A stretch of DNA of 36,986 nucleotides from Gammaproteobacteria bacterium (GTDB lineage Bacteria; Pseudomonadota; Gammaproteobacteria; GCA-001735895): contig QIJI01000050.1 of the NCBI GenBank assembly GCA_003231795.1, positions 1-36,986 on the forward strand, in the 5' to 3' direction. Below, one piece after another: positions 8,913 to 15,123 of the stretch; position 1 is the stretch's first letter, and each line of letters starts with the position of its first letter. The position numbers were made by a program, and so were the translations under genes. The notes under the pieces are model-generated. The model was not told where the DNA came from and ran no database searches. It saw only the letters and a program-made list of their open reading frames with translations.

Positions 8913-10646
8913 CTTAATCAACTCGCACGACAGGGCGACATCGACTGGCTCAGTTATTACTTTGCGCAATTCATCAGCGAGCAGGCAAATACTGATATTG
9001 ATGATTTGCTCGCGCTCAGCGCAGCTTTGGTCAGTGAAGCAAATCTCGCTGGTGACGTCTGTATCGATCTGGCTCAATTGTCGAACAAGCCATTATTCAG
9101 CAGTAGCCGCATCGACTGCGAGATTCCGCGAGGAATTGATAGCCATCAGTGGGTTGCCTATTTAGCAACCACGTCAGTTGTTGGCGACACCGCGCATCAA
9201 ACACCGCTGATCCTGGATGATCAACGACTTTACCTGCATCGATACTGGCACTACGAAAACCAGGTGGCAGCCGGTATCTATGCACGACTCTCTCCCGAAC
9301 CGGTCGACAAACAGGCATTGATGGTACAGATAGAATCCCTGTTTGCCGACGCCAGGCCCGAAGAACAGGAGCAGCAAAGCGCGGTGCTGCAAGCCGTGCA
9401 ACAACGTTTTACCGTTATTTCGGGCGGCCCCGGCACCGGCAAGACTACAACCGTGGTAAAAATCCTGGCCGCACTGCTGACGATCCAACCCGATATCCGG
9501 ATTGCGCTCGCTGCACCAACCGGAAAAGCCGCGGCCCGCATGATGGACTCGATTCAAAACCGGATCGATCAAATCAGTATCGACGCTGACAAGCGTTCGC
9601 TCATCCCGACCCGAGCCAGTACTCTGCACCGGTTGCTGGGCTATCGCCAGAGGCATTTTCAATACGGCCGGGAACATCGACTCGCCGTCGACTGCGTCAT
9701 CGTAGACGAAGCCTCTATGATAGATCTGAGCTTGATGTTTCATCTGCTGCAGGCACTACCCGACCGGGCACGACTGATTTTGCTTGGTGATCGTGATCAG
9801 CTCGCTTCGGTGTCAGCCGGAAATGTAATGGGCGATATAACCGGGCATGGACGCTCACTCGACCAGGCCAGCCCGGAACTTGCCGGTGCTATTGCCCTGC
9901 TCCGGCACAGCTATCGATTTGACGCATCCGGCGGCATCGCAAATCTGGCACAGCAGGTCAACCTTGGCGACAGCAATGCTGCTCTGTCCTTACTTGAATC
10001 CAGGGATAAATCGATTCACTGGCAGATCAGCGAAGATGAACAACTTGAGCCGAAATACCTCGACTGGATATTAAAGTCCTATCAGCCAGTGTTTGAAGCC
10101 GATTCAGTTTCCGACGCGCTACAACAATTTGATAAAACACGGGTGTTGAGCGCAATCAACTGGGGACCGCTCGGCGTAAACGAGTTGAATCAGTTGATTT
10201 CATCGAAATTGCTGGCAAAAAATCAACTGCCTGATTCCGGGAGCTTCCACGGCATGCCGATAATGGTCAACCGAAATCACTACGAACTCGGGATTTTTAA
10301 CGGCGACAGCGGAATCCTGTGGCAAACCCGCAAAGGATTGGTGGCCTGCTTTGATGACGGCAGTGGCGGAGTACGCGAGATCAGCTTAAATCGGTTATCC
10401 GACTATAGTCCGGCCTGGGTAACAACGGTACATAAGTCACAGGGCTCGGAATTCGATTCGGTGCTACTGGTGCTGCCCGGTGACGCCGAAGCCGAAGTAC
10501 TATCGCGGGAATTACTTTACACCGCAATCACCCGGGCGCGACGGGACTTCCATTTGCATGCCGGCAGATCAGTCATAACGCAAACCATCAAACGACTGAC
10601 CAAACGCGATTCCGGCCTGGCAGCGAAGCTGGGATGGTCTGATTAG
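8901..10646 (+). CDS. recD: Exodeoxyribonuclease V alpha subunit RecD
   Basis: 581 aa. Walker A is VISGGPGTGKTTTVVKILAAL, followed by LAAPTGKAAARM and VIVDEASMIDL. The C-terminal TVHKSQGSEFD and LLYTAITRAR motifs are typical of RecD/SF1 helicases. Confidence 0.96.
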   Translation: MKSLLNQLARQGDIDWLSYYFAQFISEQANTDIDDLLALSAALVSEANLAGDVCIDLAQLSNKPLFSSSRIDCEIPRGIDSHQWVAYLATTSVVGDTAHQTPLILDDQRLYLHRYWHYENQVAAGIYARLSPEPVDKQALMVQIESLFADARPEEQEQQSAVLQAVQQRFTVISGGPGTGKTTTVVKILAALLTIQPDIRIALAAPTGKAAARMMDSIQNRIDQISIDADKRSLIPTRASTLHRLLGYRQRHFQYGREHRLAVDCVIVDEASMIDLSLMFHLLQALPDRARLILLGDRDQLASVSAGNVMGDITGHGRSLDQASPELAGAIALLRHSYRFDASGGIANLAQQVNLGDSNAALSLLESRDKSIHWQISEDEQLEPKYLDWILKSYQPVFEADSVSDALQQFDKTRVLSAINWGPLGVNELNQLISSKLLAKNQLPDSGSFHGMPIMVNRNHYELGIFNGDSGILWQTRKGLVACFDDGSGGVREISLNRLSDYSPAWVTTVHKSQGSEFDSVLLVLPGDAEAEVLSRELLYTAITRARRDFHLHAGRSVITQTIKRLTKRDSGLAAKLGWSD

Positions 10647-10737
10647 CTCACTTTCAACATAGCTCTGCCTTTTCATAGTTTGGCGCCAGTATCATCTATA
10701 CTTGTATCCCCCGTTCGCTTTAAGTCCAGATACCCGT

Positions 10738-12435
10738 ATGAGTAACAGCAGTCCAGGCAAAGCACTGATCGTAGACGACGAAAAGACCAATCGGCTCATT
10801 TTAAAGTCGTTACTGAGCAAACAGGGGTATCAAACCATTGAAGCTGTCAATGGGCAGGAAGCGGTAGACCTGTTCAAAATAGAAGCTCCTAGCATCATTT
10901 TCATGGACGTAATGATGCCGGTCCTCGACGGATACGAAGCAACCCGCCAGATCAAGGCTTTGTCGGGTAGGAGGTTTGTTCCGGTTATTTTCCTGACCGC
11001 GATGAGTGACGAAGCTGCGCTGGCCCAGTGTATCGAAGCCGGCGGTGATGATTTTCTGGTTAAACCCTATGACAAAGTAATCCTGCAGAGCAAAATTCGC
11101 TCGATGCAGCGCATCGCCTCGCTCAATCATGAGGTGCAGGGAATGTACAGCATGATCCATCGCGAACAGGAAATCGCCGAATCGGTGTTCGTCAATGCCA
11201 TCCAGAGCTCGAATATCCAGAATAGCAACCTGCGGCAGGTGGTCCGACCTGCCGGTATTTTCAGTGGTGATATGGTTTTGTCAGCCTACTCCCCGACGCG
11301 GGACCTGTTTTTTCTGACGGGCGATTTTACCGGGCATGGATTGCTCGCGGCGCTTGGTGCGATGCCGGTTTCAGAAGTATTTCGCGCAATGACCGCAAAA
11401 GGTTTCAGTGCCGAGGATATTTTGGTCGGGATTAATAAAAAACTGAAATCCATGTTGCCGGTGGGCATGTTTTTTGGGGCGCAACTGGTTGTCGTTAATC
11501 ATGACCTCGAGCATGTACGGGTGTTTAACGCAGGCATGCCTGAAGTCCTGATTGTTGACGGCGAAACCAACCGGATTAAACACCGCCTTGCCTCTACCGG
11601 ATTGCCGCTAGGTGTAGAAGCCTTAATCGATCCCAGAGAAATGATCCAATACGCGCCAATTGGCTATAACGACAAAATATTGATGCACAGCGATGGCCTG
11701 ACAGAGGCCCGAAACGCGAGTGATCAGGAGTTTGGTAGCGAACGGCTTTTCAGGTCGATTTCAAGCGCACCGAAAAATCAGATATTTGATCGTATTTTTC
11801 TAGACCTGGACCAGTTTTGCGGTCAAAACACCACTCAGGCCGATGATGTCACGCTGGTTGAAATTACCTGCGTACACGAAGTATTACCCGAAATTGAAAT
11901 CCACGATTACATCAAACCGTCCAGCTATATGCTTGGCGATCGTGGCGAATGGAAGCTTTCGATGCGCTTTAACGGAGCCCGCCTGCGCGAATCCAACCCG
12001 GTCCCGATTCTGATGAACTACTTGATGGAAATGGAGGAGCTTGAGGCCGAAAGGCAGTCACTATTTACGGTTATGACCGAACTCTATGTCAATGCGCTCG
12101 ACCACGGGGTGCTCGATTTGAATTCAAGCCTGAAGTCTGATCCAACCGGGTTTGGCGACTATTTTGAAGCGCGAGAATCACGACTCGCCAGCCTCGATAG
12201 TGGTTATGTCATTTTTAATCTTTCGGTCGAGCAGGAACCCCGCCGACGAAGCATTTTGCTGCGTATCGAGGATAGTGGGCAGGGCTTTGATTTTGACAAT
12301 CATATCCCATTGCCCAATAGCGAAACCGCGCTCAGCGGTCGGGGAATACTGCTAATCAGGGATTTGTGCGAATCGCTGGAATATCATGGAAAAGGCAATA
12401 TCGCTATTGCCCGTTTCAGTTGGAGTACCAGCTAG
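10738..12435 (+). CDS. Fused response-regulator receiver / PP2C (SpoIIE-type) phosphatase / RsbW-like HATPase protein (HsbR-like architecture)
   Basis: The REC domain is ALIVDDEKTNR...IIFMDVMMPVLDGYE...DDFLVKPYD. The PP2C/SpoIIE core is SGDMVL...GDFTGHGLLAALGAM...MHSDGLTEA...DDVTLVEI. The C-terminal GHKL-like segment is ELYVNALDHG...IEDSGQGFDF...GRGILLIRDL. The ORF track starts at TTG 10702; I prefer the in-frame ATG at 10738 (MSNSSPGKALIVDD). The start is uncertain. Confidence 0.85.
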   Translation: MSNSSPGKALIVDDEKTNRLILKSLLSKQGYQTIEAVNGQEAVDLFKIEAPSIIFMDVMMPVLDGYEATRQIKALSGRRFVPVIFLTAMSDEAALAQCIEAGGDDFLVKPYDKVILQSKIRSMQRIASLNHEVQGMYSMIHREQEIAESVFVNAIQSSNIQNSNLRQVVRPAGIFSGDMVLSAYSPTRDLFFLTGDFTGHGLLAALGAMPVSEVFRAMTAKGFSAEDILVGINKKLKSMLPVGMFFGAQLVVVNHDLEHVRVFNAGMPEVLIVDGETNRIKHRLASTGLPLGVEALIDPREMIQYAPIGYNDKILMHSDGLTEARNASDQEFGSERLFRSISSAPKNQIFDRIFLDLDQFCGQNTTQADDVTLVEITCVHEVLPEIEIHDYIKPSSYMLGDRGEWKLSMRFNGARLRESNPVPILMNYLMEMEELEAERQSLFTVMTELYVNALDHGVLDLNSSLKSDPTGFGDYFEARESRLASLDSGYVIFNLSVEQEPRRRSILLRIEDSGQGFDFDNHIPLPNSETALSGRGILLIRDLCESLEYHGKGNIAIARFSWSTS

Positions 12436-12464
12436 TGGTCGTGCAACTGTTGCCAGGCCTGTTG

Positions 12465-13094
12465 TTACTGTGCCAGTTCCTGCGCTACCAGAAAATTCAT
12501 GATATCAAGCATTCGCTGGAAACTGCCCGCCAATGACGCGGAGACCAGGTATTTGCCATTTACGATCACCGCAGGCACGCCGCTATGGCCATACCTTTTT
12601 TCCTTTTGTACATTCTTGCGAATCTGGGTTTCGACCGGAAAAGAAAAGTAGTTATCACGAAACTGTTTTTCGTCGAGACCGCGTTCGGCGACAAAAGCCG
12701 CCAGCGTATCGAGGCTGGTAAGACGTCTACGTTCTACGTGGATGGCATTGAATAATGCCTCGTGCGTTTGCTCTAGCGCGTTCATCATTTTTAGCGAATA
12801 ATATGCACGCGCATGCTCAGTCCAGCGTGGATTCAATACCGAGGGGGTTTGTTCAAACACAACTCCGGGTGGCAAATTGGCGGCAAATTTTTTCGCAAAT
12901 GGCTCGAAACGAAAGCAGTGTGGGCAGCCATACCAGAACATCTCGGTGACCACGACCTTGTCAGGTTGCGATGTTTTGACCGGGGGCGACACAAGCTCGT
13001 AATCAGCGCCCACAACAAAGGCTTCCTGTGCCTGGGCAACACCGGTGGATAACAACAGCAGCAATGAAATTCCGATAAGCCAGCGCTTGACCAT
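12465..13094 (-). CDS. dsbA: Periplasmic thiol:disulfide interchange protein DsbA
   Basis: 209 aa. It has a signal peptide (MVKRWLIGISLLLLLSTGVAQA), the active site WYGCPHCFRFEP (CPHC) and the DsbA-like tail GVPAVIVNGKY. Confidence 0.9.
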   Translation of the reverse strand: MVKRWLIGISLLLLLSTGVAQAQEAFVVGADYELVSPPVKTSQPDKVVVTEMFWYGCPHCFRFEPFAKKFAANLPPGVVFEQTPSVLNPRWTEHARAYYSLKMMNALEQTHEALFNAIHVERRRLTSLDTLAAFVAERGLDEKQFRDNYFSFPVETQIRKNVQKEKRYGHSGVPAVIVNGKYLVSASLAGSFQRMLDIMNFLVAQELAQ

Positions 13095-13240
13095 TTAGTT
13101 CTCCTAAATTTAATCTGTCACCTAATGACAGCGACTAACGCAATAAGTTTAACCGTGACTATACAAAGCTTGCGGTAAATCTGCTTAATGCGTGTCGGGT
13201 CAACCCGGGGGGGCAATCAACCCTCCGCGGAAATCAATGA

Positions 13241-13849
13241 TTACGGGATACCGGCGATATAAGCCGCAACTGCCCTCATTTCCATTTCAGACATGCGTGA
13301 TGCAACATTGCGCATCATTTTGCCGTTATCGTTAGTGCGCAGTCCCTTTTTGAAGTTATTTAATTGCGTGTATATGTATTCCGGGTGTTGTCCCTTGAGT
13401 GATGGCCAGCCCGCAGGTCCATTTCCTTTTCCACTAGGCGAATGACATCCCATACAGGCAGCAACACTGGTTTCAGTAATGCCACCACGATAAATATTTT
13501 CCCCTAACCCGACTAGCTCACCATCGAATGCAACTGCTTTAGCTTGATGGCTTTCATAATAGGCGGCCAGATCCTGCATATCCTGATCGCTGAGATTGGC
13601 CACCATTCCTGCCATCACAGCATCTTCACGCCGACCTTGCTTGAAGTCGTTTAATTGTTTGTAGATATAACTACTATGCTGACCGGCAAGTGAGGGCCAG
13701 GCAGCATTGGTACTATTCCCGTCCACACCATGGCAAGAGGCGCATACAGCACTGATCGATTTACCGGGCTGTGGATCGTCGGCATTGGCGGTAAAGGCTA
13801 GCAATCCGGACAGTGCCAGTAAAACAGCTACAAATTGGCTCGCTTTCAT
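13241..13849 (-). CDS. cc4: Dihaem cytochrome c4
   Basis: It has two CxxCH haem motifs (CASCHG, CMGCHS) and the signal peptide MKASQFVAVLLALSGLLAFTANA. I moved the start from the track's 13960 to ATG 13849, which is preceded by AGGAGA 5 nt upstream. The longer version would overlap the engB start. Confidence 0.85.
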   Translation of the reverse strand: MKASQFVAVLLALSGLLAFTANADDPQPGKSISAVCASCHGVDGNSTNAAWPSLAGQHSSYIYKQLNDFKQGRREDAVMAGMVANLSDQDMQDLAAYYESHQAKAVAFDGELVGLGENIYRGGITETSVAACMGCHSPSGKGNGPAGWPSLKGQHPEYIYTQLNNFKKGLRTNDNGKMMRNVASRMSEMEMRAVAAYIAGIP

Positions 13850-13939
13850 TATCTCTCCTGCGGAAATTGGGTTCGGAAATTTTGGGCGCAAATGTATATC
13901 ATACCCCAGCCGTGCGTTCAACAATATCCCCGGATTACG

Positions 13940-14530
13940 ATGACTATATCTTTCAATCAAGCCAGATTTTTCACCAGTGCATTCGAGTTATCGCAATTAC
14001 CGCCTGACGAAGGTGCTGAGATTGCCTTTGCCGGGCGCTCCAATGCCGGCAAATCGAGCGCAATCAATTGTCTCACGCGGCAGAAAAATTTGTGCAAAAC
14101 CAGCAAAACGCCTGGCAGGACACAACTGATTAATTTTTTCTCGCTGGCCGAACATGGCCACCTGGTAGATCTACCGGGTTATGGTTTCGCCAAAGTATCC
14201 AAAAAGTTAAGGAATCACTGGAACATGGTCCTGTCATCCTATTTGCTGCAGCGTGATGCGCTAAGGGGGCTGGTTATCGTGGTTGATATCCGCCGCGGAA
14301 TCAGCAATCTCGATCAGTCGTTGATCGATATGATGGGGAATCAGCTCCCGCTACACATTTTACTGACCAAATCCGACAAATTATCCCGGTCAGCAATTCT
14401 ACAGGCGGTGGATAGCGTTCAAAAGCAATTTACCTCGCCGCGGCAAACGGTATCAACCCTGTCGGCGCTCAATCGTCAGGGACTCAATTTGCTGGAGCAG
14501 ACATGCCATCAATGGCTAGTGGAAGACTGA
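13940..14530 (+). CDS. engB: Ribosome-biogenesis GTPase EngB/YihA
   Basis: G1 is AGRSNAGKSSAIN, G3 is DLPGYGF and G4 is LTKSDK. The start is set at ATG 13940 (MTISFNQARFFTSA...), because the track's 13835 start would overlap cc4. The gene is divergent from cc4, as in Pseudomonas. Confidence 0.9.
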   Translation: MTISFNQARFFTSAFELSQLPPDEGAEIAFAGRSNAGKSSAINCLTRQKNLCKTSKTPGRTQLINFFSLAEHGHLVDLPGYGFAKVSKKLRNHWNMVLSSYLLQRDALRGLVIVVDIRRGISNLDQSLIDMMGNQLPLHILLTKSDKLSRSAILQAVDSVQKQFTSPRQTVSTLSALNRQGLNLLEQTCHQWLVED

Positions 14531-14548
14531 CAAGGATTTTAAGACCTA

Positions 14549-14711
14549 GCCCGAACAATTCATAAACATGAACGTGCCCTTGCTTGTTCTTTGGTTTTAC
14601 AGAAAATTATCCTCAATCGACCGGATCAATAAGTCCGGCGCTCAATCGGATAATTCCCTGTAAAATCAAAGCCCGACGCAATCATCACGACAGTCTATGA
14701 ATTATCCGGGC
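14549..14711 (+). mobile_element. MITE-like palindromic repeat element, copy A (~163 bp, TA-flanked)
   Basis: The terminal inverted repeats are gcccgaacaattcata and the reverse complement of the right end, gcccggataattcata. The two halves are imperfect reverse complements around the core ccggatcaataagtccgg. It aligns along its full length with the reverse complement of 33912-34076. TA lies on both flanks (14547-48, 14712-13). It has no coding capacity. Confidence 0.65.
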
Positions 14712-14712
14712 T

Positions 14713-14741
14713 AAAAAAACCCTGGCAGAAAACTGCCAGGG
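14713..14741 (-). terminator. Rho-independent terminator (minus strand)
   Basis: The minus strand reads CCCTGGCAG-TTTT-CTGCCAGGG followed by TTTTTTT. This is a 9-bp GC-rich stem, a 4-nt loop and a 7-U tail. Confidence 0.8.
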
Positions 14742-14826
14742 ACAAACGTGTGATCCGGATGGGGTTTCCGGATCGTCGTCCGCTCATAGGAGGGAGAACG
14801 GACATAGCGCTGGGCTATAGCGCTAC
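14713..14826 (-). ncRNA. Candidate sRNA in the engB-polA spacer (positional analogue of Spot 42 / ErsA)
   Basis: Four consecutive clean hairpins lie between a sigmaE-like promoter and the terminator. Stems are at 14825-14805, 14803-14778, 14774-14752 and 14741-14720. There is no credible ORF. The 5' end is predicted only from promoter geometry. Confidence 0.45.
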
Positions 14827-14830
14827 TTCA

Positions 14831-14857
14831 ATAGACACCCGATACCACTTTAAGTTC
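14831..14857 (-). promoter_or_regulatory. ECF sigmaE/AlgU-type promoter candidate
   Basis: The minus strand reads GAACTT (14857-14852), then 16 nt, then TCTAT (14835-14831). The consensus as I recall it is GAACTT-N16/17-TCnnA. Confidence 0.4.
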
Positions 14858-15026
14858 ATTGGAACCCGACTTACTGATGGCATCCGGTGTCGCGATAAAT
14901 TAAATATGGGGTCTGACAGAGTAAAAACAAGATTGTCAATAAAGCGGGGTTAGCTACTACAGTTTCTGGACTACTACTATCGGGAGAATTCTGACATTAC
15001 CTGGGCAAGGGATAATCAAAATCTCT

Positions 15027-15097
15027 CGTCATCCTCGCGCAGGCGGGGATCTTGTAATGGTGGCGTTTTAAGATCCCCCGCCTGCGCGAGGATGACG
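15027..15097. repeat. Long near-perfect palindrome (27-bp stem, 16-nt loop) immediately 3' of polA; probable polA terminator or REP-like element
   Basis: cgtcatcctcgcgcaggcggggatctt (15027-15053) pairs with aagatcccccgcctgcgcgaggatgacg (15070-15097) with one bulged C. The loop is gtaatggtggcgtttt. On the minus strand the stem is followed by agagaTTTTgaTT. Confidence 0.6.
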
Positions 15098-15123
15098 GTG
15101 TAATTGAGCCCGGGATGACGGCG

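Noticed and set aside
7542-9743. Minus-strand ORFs of 161-189 aa (7542..8027, 8523..9077, 9174..9743) inside recB and recD
   Set aside because: They are antisense to well-supported recB and recD frames. Their products are Arg/Pro/Cys-rich with no motifs, so they are shadow ORFs.
13850-13960. Long N-terminal extensions in the ORF track. These are cc4 to 13960, engB from 13835, yidC to 23013, rnpA to 23637 and the REC-PP2C gene from TTG 10702.
   Set aside because: The extensions overlap neighbouring genes or precede obvious signal peptides or conserved N-termini. Internal starts fit homologues better.
14721-14735. Sigma54-like TGGCAG-N-CTGC string
   Set aside because: The GG-to-GC spacing is one nt short of the -24/-12 consensus, and the string is simply the two arms of the terminator stem.
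14934-14939. Perfect TTGACA -35 hexamer on the minus strand upstream of the candidate sRNA
   Set aside because: No acceptable -10 hexamer lies at 16-19 nt spacing; the next hexamers are tcagac and tactct. It is probably coincidental.
14750-14953. 67-aa plus-strand ORF in the engB-polA spacer
   Set aside because: It has a non-ATG start, no Shine-Dalgarno, and an odd Arg/Gly-rich composition. The interval is better explained by the opposite-strand hairpin series, promoter and terminator.
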